Assembly: GCA_023334545.1 (NCBI GenBank)
Contig: JAADVB010000123.1
Coordinates: 1-52,943 of the forward strand
Reading direction: 5' to 3'
DNA length: 52,943 nucleotides
Source: Salisapilia sapeloensis CBS 127946
Taxonomy: Eukaryota; Protista; Oomycota
The position numbers and the translations under genes were made by a program. The stretch's first letter is position 1; each line of letters opens with the position of its first letter. Shown piece after piece: positions 10,043 through 21,000 of the stretch. The notes under the pieces are model-generated. The model saw only the letters and a list, made by a program, of their open reading frames with translations, was not told where the DNA came from and made no database searches.

Positions 10043-11646
10043 TGCGTGAAGGCGTTGCTAAAGGATTCCGTTCTTCGGCTCTGGCAAGTTAAAGTAGTTG
10101 TGAGAAGGAGCTATGGGTGAATAGCTCAAATCCAGCGCATTACAAAGCGCGGTATCTGAGCATGTGGCGATTCGAATATTTCTGAGACGAGTTCGAGGTT
10201 TCCAATCCACACTTCAATCATGGTTTGATCTTACGCAGGTGTAGATACTCGTGTAGACGATAGAGAAGGGCGTAAGCAATCATCTCAATGTATCGTGTAG
10301 ATACAATTTGCAATTGAAGAAATTACTTGAGATTAAAGGCCCTGCTGAATATGAGATATGTCTACAAAGGTTTTGCTAATTGTAGGTTGTGGACTCGACT
10401 CCTTCAAAGCGTATACAATCCACACTTGCGATAGTCTGGTACAACGATATGGAAGAATCTACTAAAGGAAGCGGGTAGAGGTAGAAATTAGTAGTGGCTG
10501 ATCGCGACATAGGCACAATCGTACTCTCGGCTTAAACTGCACAAGAAAGAGATCATGTAAAATACCTAGTCTTTGGTTTGTAGCGACAATCGTATCTCAG
10601 CTCCGTTCCATGATACTTTAATTCCCAAAGGCAGTCTACGTTGCATTATGTCTGCCTTCTCGGCGAAGCACTCTACCACGACACTCGCTACTGCAGCGTT
10701 TGAGACTGCCAAACCGTTTTATTCGTTTATACTGACAGCTTACATGCTGCGTGATGTATTTAGATTGGTTTGTGTTCAAACCAGGTCTGTACTTTGTCCC
10801 GGTTCGCGATTGCACCTCGTACTTGAAGTGCTTGGATTCGATATAGCAGTCTGATCATTATATACCGAACACTTTGCGTATGTCGTTGCCAGCACTTTTT
10901 GAGGTAGCACGCCATGCCGACAGCACGTCCGTATGTATAGGCGCTGCATCAAGCGTTGCTCGCATAGATGTCGCAGCTGCGTGCTGACTCCAATATCTAC
11001 AATACCAAGGTGCTGCTTTGAGGATGATCTACAGTCAAATAGGTTTTGCTATAGATACTCCCAGGATTAGCATGTTGCGACGCAATCTAGTTAAAAGGGT
11101 TAGAGCTGGGTATGCTGGTGGGCTGTAGCCTACTGGTAGTCGAAACTAAAGACGCATATCATGCCCAGAATTTGTCAGTGCAAATTCGAAAGCAGCCACG
11201 AAACATTTGGACCTCTGTGGAAACCTGAAGGTCAATATATATTGATTCCTCCCGCCACAATGTCCAAGATAGAAACCAAGATCAAGTTGCGATCACGAGT
11301 CCTCGCATGGCATGTTCCTCCCTTTGAGCGATTCCATCTCAAGCTAAGACATTTAATAATATTTGAGTTAATGGGAACCTCCCATCATCTTTATATTTGG
11401 CGAAAGCTACAAATTAATGCTAAAGCTACTTTTATCCATTCTTCCCATTGGGAGCTGATGTGGGAAAAGAGTACCAAGGATAAGCTACAGAGTGATGGAG
11501 CCAAACAATGTGCGTCTTGGCTCATAAAGTAAAAATAACTGACAAGATATCGTAGGAAGAAGGTCACAAACATAGACTGAAACCAATGTGGATTGAGAAT
11601 TGTGAAGTTGGACTACGGACACGAATGAGATCATCGCTTTGCCGTA

Positions 11647-13440
11647 TTAAGTAGATTCGGCTTGAGCAGAAATCGATTCAAAGTGTGAGAGCAACCATTG
11701 GAAGGTCAATGCAAAGCCATTAACACGGGCGACTCTGGCGGCTTCGAGGATTTCTCCTTGCTCCTGTCTGCAGAGCCACTGGACGACGTCGCTATAGCCG
11801 CACTTTGCCGCATTGACGAGAGCATATGGGGTGCCTCCTTCGGGTCTGTTGTCGTTAACCCTTACCAGGATATCAAAGTATCCTCCTTTTGCAGCTTCGT
11901 CAAATGCTCTTGTCGTACCGCCTTCCGTTCTGTGCTCGTGAAGGTATTTGGCTGCAGCCAAATACCCTCCTGCACATGCACTATCTATCGCGTGTGACAT
12001 GCACCCTTCCATTCGATTTGTATGTAGAAATTTCACGAGAGGGAGATGACCATACACTGCTGCGACGTCCATCACGCGTGCTGTCCACTTGCCGTATTGG
12101 TGCTCATGCATGTATTGAATAAGAGATAGATATCCATTACCAGCAGCAGTTAATAGTACGTTGGGCGTGTGTCCTAGGAGCGAGGTCTTGTCCAGCCACT
12201 GGACAGTCTCCAAAGCCAGTCGTTCATCATCAATCCATTTAACTGCACGTTTAGCTGCACTTTCGTGACATTCGTATGCGGAATTGGCAAATAAAGTTTC
12301 CACTAGGCCTAAATGGCCGCCGGCGATAACAGTGTCGAGATAAAAGTATGGATTGGGTAGCTGAAGCTTCTCCATATAGTCCATGTATCAAGAGGCCATT
12401 TCATGGTTACCATACCCCATATCTAGACTTAACGCCTGTTCTATTTCGGAAACGCTTAATGAGTCAACGTGCGCTATGAACCACTCCAAGACCGAAATAT
12501 GCCCATTGACAATAGCAATGCCGGCTAATGATCCGTCAATACATGCCAAGAAGCTGGCTAGAACGCTGGCAGAAAGATAATTTTCGAGCATTTGGAGTAG
12601 ATCCACTCGCCCGTATGACGCGTAAAAAAATAGCTGCATTACGAGTCTCTTTTACGTACTTTCGAGGTGTGGTGCTGATGATCTGAAAGCCTTGCTCTGG
12701 GTCTTCTTTACAAACGAGGTGTTGGATATGCATATTTCCAAAGGGCTCTGGGATATCTTGTCCTTGGCACAAGAAATTGACGATGGGCCAGTGACCCTCA
12801 TAAGCTGCCGCATAAGCGATCAAAAGATAAGTCGTTCATCATGTCTGCCTTCGGTATGGTACAACCACTCGAAACACCGCTGGTGACCGCCAAGTGCCGC
12901 AAATTTTAAGGCGTCCCCCTTAAATTCTTGCTGTGCTGGTTATAGAGATAGATTAGGGTGTCGAGACGACCGATGGAAGCAGCGTTATCTTGTGCTGACC
13001 GGGATGGACGCACGTCAAAAGATTCGTTCGAGTCTAGCCATTGGATAGCTTCCAAGTTTCCTTGCTTACTAGCCTGATCAATAGCATTGCTAGTAAATGG
13101 AACTAGTCTCTGGTCGTGTAGCCATTCAGAGCAGACAATGTCACCGTACGCGACTGCCGTATCCTGAATTTTGCGAGGAAGTGAGCGATGAGATTGATAC
13201 ATACGTAGCCATCGGAGAATGTTCTTGTATCCATTAGAAGCTGCATCTTCTAGTGCACTCACATAGTCATTATAGTGAGCGTATCTATCCGGCAACAGAG
13301 CTGCATAACGAGTTAAGAGTCGGATGGAACGGTAGCTCGCAGCTACTTGTAACGACATCGTAGGCGATGTGTCTAAACATCTAGAGATTCGACACGATAG
13401 ATCACGAGTCTGAAGTTTTTAAAAATGGACACTACTATGG
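11647..13440 (-). pseudogene. Disrupted ankyrin-repeat gene, paralogous to 40883-42814
   Basis: Ankyrin-like sequence is split over at least 4 ORFs (12906-13358, 12536-12823, 12388-12639, 11647-12384). Lesions include an in-frame TGA at 12388-12390, a +1 frameshift at the T7 run (12624-12630) and a stop at 12906. The N-terminus (PFLK..CLDTS...SIRLL...SALEDAASNG) aligns with the intact paralogue (PILK...YLDKS...SIRLI...SALKIAAARG). Confidence 0.8.
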
Positions 13441-13647
13441 AGTACGACGTAGATACACGTGAAAGGCTTGAGGAGCTCTTGATCGTCCGACATGGTCAAT
13501 ACTTGCCTCCTTGCCTTTCTTGCACCAGATCTGATAATTCCCAATCGACAAGCTACTTCAAGAACTCTTATATACACTTAAAGTGAATGAAGTATCTTAT
13601 TAATTGTATATGTGCACTAAATTGACAACAAGTTGGACACACAAACG

Positions 13648-14752
13648 ATGGAGCAGGAGGATACTGATGTTGTGCAGCTTTTTCAACAGCCTGAGGACAT
13701 CGAAAATGACGAAGAGGAGTATATAGAAGAAGTGCAAGTTGGTGGTCAAAAATACTGCTTAACGCTGACGGACGATGATGGGACGTTGCCAGGTCCACTC
13801 TTTGCAAGCAATATTTGGAACGGAGCGGTAGGTAGCAGTCAATTGCAATTGACTGGAGCAATTATACCACCCCATCATAGCTTTTTAGCGTATATGAATT
13901 CTTAATGAAAATGGCACATGTAGAAAGTCATTGCAAACTACATAGCTGATCATTCAAATGAAGTCGAAGACAAATCGATTGTCGAGTTTGGTGCTGCCTC
14001 GTACGTTCTAGCCATACTTTAGAGAAGCATATACAGTCTCGATTAACTTTTTTTTCACAGAGCTCTTCCATCTCTTGTCGCACTTCACATGAACGCCCGA
14101 GCTGCAGTCATCACAGGTACGTCGCTTCATCATCTAGCACATATCGCTATACCTTAAACAATCACGATAGACTATCCAGTGGAAGCGTTGCTGTCCAACA
14201 TTCGGGCAAATATCCAACGCAACGCTCATCTGTGCGATCCAAATAAAAGTGCTGTGCGAGGACATCTTTGGGGGGATGCTACAACAGAGCTAGTGGATCA
14301 ATTACAAGCCATTTCATCTTCTCAAACCAATGCACAACATGGGTTTGACGTCGCAATTGTCGCTGAATGCTTGTGGCTGCACAACCTGGTAAACCTATTT
14401 ATATTATCCACCTAGACTCGCACACACAACTCATGTGATTGCTTGATGACAGCATGAAAAACTCCTTCAGTCGATTCATTCGTGTCTTGCTCCAGGTGGA
14501 ATCGTACGTGCCTTTGCTCACTACTGCCTTACAAGTATATCTCTTGCTAATCATAATAACACTGTTTTGTAGGCACTGGTAAGTTTTGCGCACCACGTCC
14601 CTGGTCATGAAGCCAACGATCTTTCATTCTTTGAGAAAGCAAAGAAGAACCACAACTTCCATGTGACTCACCTATCGACTCTATCCGTGCAACACATGTA
14701 CTCGTCTCACAAACAAGTCGACCAGTTCCTCTATCAACTGACAAAGCAATAG
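13648..14752 (+). CDS. Family-16 protein lysine/N-terminal methyltransferase (EFM7/NNT1-like), 6 exons
   Basis: ATG 13648. Five GT-AG introns give LFASNIWNGA|KVIANYI...KSIVEFGAAS|ALPSLVA...AVIT|DYP..ALLSNIRANI...GHLWG...FDVAIVAECLWLHNL|HEKLLQSIHSCL.PGGI|ALVSFAHHVPGHEANDLSFFE, then TAG at 14750-14752. Confidence 0.85.
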
Positions 14753-14755
14753 ACT

Positions 14756-17700
14756 TTATTTCTTTCTAGTTCGCTGCTTCTCCGCATGCACCACAATCTT
14801 TTCGTCTCTCGCAAGGCCCTTGCGTTTGCGCACAGCTTCGATGTACTTGCGGACGGCATTATGCTCATACACGCGCTCACCTAAATCTTCTCGTTCTTCC
14901 TCCGTCATAGGTTGGAAGAATGGATCCATCTCCATGACAGTCCAGTGGGAAAAGACTAGCTGAGGGTTACTTGCAGCGCCAGACGTCTGGATAAGCAGGT
15001 CGGTCGCTAGTCCAAAGCTCTCTACAACAGGTAGATACGCCTTGACTGTGAAGAGGGAGGATCCGTCCGACACGTCTTCGTAAAAGACTTCTCCTCGACG
15101 TTTCGACAGGACACTGTAAAGCTTTCCTAGTTGCTCCGACATGCATTGGACACTGCATTCGTACAATGCCTCCACGAGTCGCACTGGTTGCTTGACAAAT
15201 GCAAGACGACAGGTGGTTCGTGTGAGAGATATCACTTGTCCGGATAAAGGTCCAAGCTGTCGACCTTCCTCTTCCTCCACGTCATGCAGCTCGACGTCTT
15301 CAAGAATGAACGCAACACCCCACACAGGTTCATTACACAGTGGACCGGCGGCAGTGACCATTTGGAAGCCAGTGGTGATACTGTTCTCTAGCTTTTTCAA
15401 AACAGACGTCTTCTCGTCCTCTTCCGACGTACCTTGAGGCAGGCCAAAAGCGTTGGAAGAAGTGTGGAACGTCGAAATGTTATTCACGAGTAAGTTTGGT
15501 CCAGTACGTCGTGGTCCGCAGCTCCAAATGCGCTCTAGAGGTAGTTGCTGCCAAAACTTGACATCACTTTCCTGCAAGCACTTGGCAAACTCCTTCTTAA
15601 AGTCCTCTGTCAACGTCTCCTGCAGCGCTTCACTCACCTGTTCCTCTTCCTGTTCCTCCGTCAGTTCCTCTCCATCCTCCACGACAGTGACTTTACGAGT
15701 CTCCGTAAGCCGACGCAAGACCTCGACGTTGTCCTCCAGCAGCTTGGCTGCTCCTTTCGGAAGAGGCAACGCTCTCATCTTGAGCGTAAGCTGGCCATCC
15801 GGTGTGGTACCACTCACGACCTTGGCATCCGTCTCATCATTCTGCACTTGACTCTCCTCCTCGTCATCTTCCGTGCGTGCAATCGCCTTAAGCAGCTCTT
15901 TAAAGATGACACTCTCCTGGTACGACGAGATAGGTCCGTCTAGAATACTCTCTCGGAAACCAACGATCGGCTCCGAGACACGAACGCCGACTTTCGCGAA
16001 CCGTTCCCTCAAGTCTTTTACACAACGTTCTAGATGCAGCTCTCCTAATGCGACGATCACATGTTCTCCACTCTCCTGCACCTGCACTTCGACCGTCGGG
16101 TCGGATCGATACAGACGTTGGAGACCAGCCTCAAGTTCTGCAAAGTGGTGAGGATCCTCCGGTTCCACCGCCACTCGAACGATAGGCTTGGCCTGATACG
16201 GCATCTTGGTCAAGGAAGGACAGTGCAGTGTGGATGACAGTGTCGCTGTCTTTGCAATGTGATCCTGTACGCCTACGATACCGACAATGTTCCCTGCTGG
16301 GACGTTGTCTAAGGCATGCAAGTCTCGACCCATGAGTAAGTATGGATGCAGCATGTTGCTCTGCAGTTGGGTGATGTGCGGCTGCTTGGCAATGTCAAGC
16401 GTAGACAAGTCGACGTCATCGCTAAAGCCTTGGAACTTCGGATCCAGCACGTACAGTGGCTGTCCTCTTCGCAACTGACCAGAGTAGACGCGTCCGATGC
16501 CGACGTACACCTCTTCGGAGGCGTCGAGTCCACGCTGGTGAAAGTCGGACAGGACGTTTGCTTCGACTGAAATCAACTTGCAGATGTACACGACGACCGG
16601 ATCTTCCTTCTCCATGGCACATCGTTCGATGGATTTGGATACTTTGGATGTCGAACGGAGCTCTTTCGTTTCCACCTGTTCATTCGCGGTTGGTACGATC
16701 GGGATGGCAGACGTAGAGGTGAGCGTTGACGCTGGACAGAGCTTATCGATACGAGCTCTCTGCGCCTCAATAGGACTCGGCAGGACTCTAGTTACCATCT
16801 TGAGCACTGCTGGTGCCAATGGAAGCCATCGGCGCAGTACAGCTTGCGTCGCGAGCTTCCGGTCGTTGTAGCGAATCTCTCTGTCCGTCACTTGCTTTGC
16901 AATACGCAACTGCTTGGTAAGTTTACGCACGGCTTCAGCGTCTGCATCTTCTTTGACTGGATTCGACACGATCTCGTACGTTTTCCAGAGAGGCTGCAGC
17001 ACGAGAGAACAGAACATGGTCTGGCTATTCGCCGTCGGTGGTTTCTTCACTACTTTCTTGGCTTTAGCGTTGTAATAGCAATCTCCCCACAGCGCTTGAC
17101 GTAGCATCTTCGGAGGCATCTCGAGTTTCGACGCATGCATCTGTGCAAATGTCGCGAGCGTGAAAGCCCATCCGTCGACCGCACTGGCGAAGAGGACATT
17201 GCCTGCTGCTGGAGAGAAGAGTAGTTGATTTTCCATCTTCTCTGTTTCGTCCTCGATCAATTGCTGATCCACTTCCTCCACCTGTGGATCGTCCAGTTGG
17301 TCTTCGTAGTGCTGTAACACAGCCGCTCTGATAAATGAACTGAGGACGGCGTTGGCTTGTTCCAGAATCCGATTCAGTCGCTGTTCACCTTCCGAAGGAG
17401 AGAGCTGCAGCTCCTGGACGAGTCGATCGATCTTGTTGATCACGAGACAAGGACGGATGCCTTCTTGCCACGCCTGACGCAGGACGGCGTGTGTCTGAGC
17501 ACAGACTCCTTCGACAGCATCGACAAGTACGAGAGCACCGTCACAGAGTCTGACTGCCGTGGAGACGTCAAAGGAGAAATCAACGTGTCCAGGCGAGTCG
17601 ACAAGGTTGATCAAATACGGATTCGTCGTCGCGTTCGTGGTGTCATTGTAGACAAGCGAGATGGCGCTGGACTTCATAGTAATCCCTCGAATCTGCTCTT

Positions 17701-17953
17701 CCTCTGTATTGTCCAGATACCGTACCTAGAAGACGTAGTTAGCATACCGAACGGGTAGAATGGTTGATAAGCACTTGGGTACTTTTCCAGCGAGCTTCTC
17801 GGAGATGATGCCATTCGCCGACACAAGACTGTCACTCAGCGTCGTCTTTCCATGGTCTACATGTGCCAAGATACAAATGTTCCGGATGCGATCGGGTGAG
17901 TGCTGAAGCTCTCCGAGTGCATCCGGCGTCACTCTGCGCATCGAGTCGGCCAT
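14756..17953 (-). CDS. EFL1: Elongation factor-like GTPase 1 (Ria1/EFL1; 60S maturation), 2 exons
   Basis: Exon 1 has [32 protein letters not shown] 57-nt intron (17782-17726) is followed by [44 protein letters not shown] and [10 protein letters not shown], and the C-terminus VVHAEKQRT. Confidence 0.96.
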
Positions 17954-18084
17954 CTTGTCCGATTTTGATCGATGGGCTACGTCCTCTTCAGATGAGATCG
18001 GACAGACCACTATATATACATGTACGTAATGTCCGAACTAGAGACAAAGACACAAAGTAGTGACAAAAGACTCGACGGGCCGGC
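17954..18084. promoter_or_regulatory. Compact bidirectional promoter between EFL1 and CPSF1
   Basis: Only 131 bp lie between the divergent ATGs. A central TATATATACATGTACGTA tract is flanked by the inverted repeat TCGGACA (17998-18004) / TGTCCGA (18030-18036). Confidence 0.65.
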
Positions 18085-21000
18085 ATGGGACAGCACTTCC
18101 TGGCGCATCGAGAGCTCGTGCACTCGACGTCGGTACATCATGCTGTCCATGCGTACTTGACGAATGACTCGCAGACAGACCTCGTGATTGCTTCCCCTCA
18201 CCACATCCGCATCTACCGCGTCGAGCCCCTGCACGCCACGCGTGCCAATGAAGAGATCCTTCATCTCCAGGCGAGTTTCCCACTTTCAGGGGCTGTACAG
18301 AGTCTCCATGTCCTGTCGTACGACTCAGTGTGGCTGGAAAAGCAGCAACGTCGTCATCGCAAGCGACTCGCGTTCAAAGGCGGCAAGGATGTGCTGCTAC
18401 TTGGCGTCGATGGCTATAAATGGGTGGTCGTCGGCTTTGACAGACGCGACCAGAAACTCCAGACGCTGTCTATGTTTGCGTTTAATGAAGAAGCGATGGG
18501 TCCTGGAGCGACACTGAAAGCAGACAAGGACGGTCGCGAACAATCGCTCGGTATATCGACGCTGAGTGCGATTCGTACGGACCCACAGTGTCGATGCAGT
18601 GCCATGGTCATGTACGGCGACCAGCTCGTGGTCGTTCCTTTCCGGACAGAATCGAGACTATTAGCTTGCTTTGATGACAATGACAGTGACTCGGAAGACG
18701 AAATGGAGGAAGAGAATGCGAATGGAAGCGGCAGTCCTGCTACGACGGATGAAGAGGATGGGGACGATACGGTTGCGAACGGTGTGGAAGAAGAGGAGGA
18801 CGATGAGGAGGAAAAGGAACTGGAGCAGCTCGTGCATTCGAACTACAAGAACCAGAGCTATCGAGGTCGAGACGGTATGTCGAAAGGACAGGACGCGAAT
18901 TCGAGACTACGATCTTTGTTAGATCAGAGCGTAAAAGTCGGGTCAAAGCGTAAGCGTAAGCAGCAGCAACATCAGGACAAAGATGCGCACGGCCTACTAG
19001 CGAGCGAAGTGGCTGGTCGAGAGTTCCTCCTCCGGCTACGTGCCGTTGGGATTACTGGAAAAGTGGTTGATATTGCATTCTTGGAAGGCTATCTCGAACC
19101 TACACTAGCTATTCTACACGAGATGCAGGAGACGTCCTCTACAGACGGCCGCTTTGCTGCTGGATACGACACGTATTGTCTATCTGTGCTTTCGATTAAC
19201 CTTCAGACACGACTGCATCCGATCATTTGGACGGTGGAAAATCTGCCATCGGACTCTACGCAGCTATTCCCTTGTCACAAGTCGCTTGGTGGTGTCCTCG
19301 TACTGTCGACCCACGCTCTTCTCTACTTTAACCAGACCAAGTACATCGGTCTCGCCGTCAGTGACTTTGCCCAGAAGACTGTGAATCAGTCCAAGTTCCC
19401 GCTGAAAGCTCCTCACTACTTTGATGAAGACGGCGTGATAGAGATGAAGCTCAATGTCCTCTTACACAACTGCTGTCTAGACCACGTGAGTGACTCGGAG
19501 ATCTTGCTGTCATTTGGTGAAGGAGAATACTTCTCACTGTCGTTTGTCGGAGGAAGAGAAGAGATGGTGCTGCGGAAAGTCGAGATGCAAGGACGGGCGA
19601 TTGCGTCCTGTCTGACGGTCGATCGGAAGAGAGGTACGGTCTTCGTCGGGTCCATGTGTGGCGACTCGACGTTATATCAGTATCACGCCAATGCGATCGA
19701 GTCGGACATTGCTACAAGTCAAGAAGACGACGACGATGAAGAAGATCAATTGCTCTACACTGCGTCTACTTCTAAGTCTCCAGTCTGTCCGTCTCGATGG
19801 TATGAGCTCCACCCAGTGGACGCATTACCTGGTATTGGCCAAATCACAGCCATGCAGGTAGGTGTCGAGTCTTCTGGCGAGACAGGAGACGCGTTGGAAG
19901 AGCTAGTTGTGTCGGGTGGGTACCTCGACCAGTCGTCCTTGTCTGTTCTACACCATGGTCTACGTCCACTCGTTAGCACAGAGCAAGAGCTGACTGGCTG
20001 TCGAGCCATGTGGACGGTCAAGTCGTCCGTTCTGTCGAATGGAGAGGAGGAGGGAGACGAGACGTTTGATTCGTATCTTATTTTGAGTGTCGGTCAGCAG
20101 ACGATGGTGCTGCGTACGAGTGAGGACTCGATGGAGCCTCTGGAAGACAGCGGATTCTACACGTCTGGTGCGACGCTTGCTGCATCGAATCTCTTTGGAA
20201 CCGACCGCATCGTCCAAGTGTTTAAGCAAGGCGTTCGACTGATGATGGAGACTAAGCAGGAGGGCAAGGACGAGGCGCAACTCGTGTGCACGCAGGAGCT
20301 GACGTTGGATGGAGAGATTGAGACAGGTGGTATGAATGTCGATACGACCAACGTTGGCGTCGTATCGGTCGATGTGCTCGATCCGTACATAGTTCTGATG
20401 CTTACAGATGGATCGATTCGAGTGCTTATGGGTGACGACGACAAAGAGCTGGCAGTGCTGGATCCAGACGTGTACAGCAAACCATTTACGAACGAAGGTG
20501 AGAAGCAGAGTGTCAGTGCTGCTTGTCTCTTTCTCGATTGGGCTGGCATGTTCCAGTCGAACGTCCAATTCGAATCATACGACACGCCTTCCATCCCTTT
20601 GCTAAGCAAGAAGAAGGCAGTACCCATGTGCGGACTCTGCTTTGAAGACGGATCGCTGCATGTGTATTCGTTACCTGACTTTGAACGAAAAGGTTTATTC
20701 CCGTACCTTACCTTTGCCCCGCAATGGCTTGTCAATACGTCGACTAGTCAAGCAAAGCCTCCGAAACTCGGCCTCAACAGTTGTTCTGTCGATAACGGTG
20801 CGAAGAAGATCGGGTCGATCAACTCTCCTGTTGCAGACATGCTCATCCAACGCGTTGGTCCGACGGAAGAGTCGCATCCGAATGCCAACATCATGTCGAG
20901 CATGGCCCTCATCGTCTTCCTTGCCAACGGAGACCTGCTCTGTTATCGAACAGTCCCAACGTACCGACGAGGGTCCATGTCTCTCGTTTTCCAACGAGTA

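Noticed and set aside
10100-11600. Long gene-free stretch with ORFs 10573-10854 and 11161-11532
   Set aside because: No recognisable motifs or repeats in any frame. It may be decayed sequence, but no call can be supported.
12388-12390. In-frame TGA in the ankyrin gene (and TGA 28628 in the trypsin gene) as selenocysteine or readthrough
   Set aside because: Both genes also carry frameshifts, and intact genes in the window use TGA as a normal stop (e.g. LAMTOR2). Ordinary pseudogenisation is simpler.
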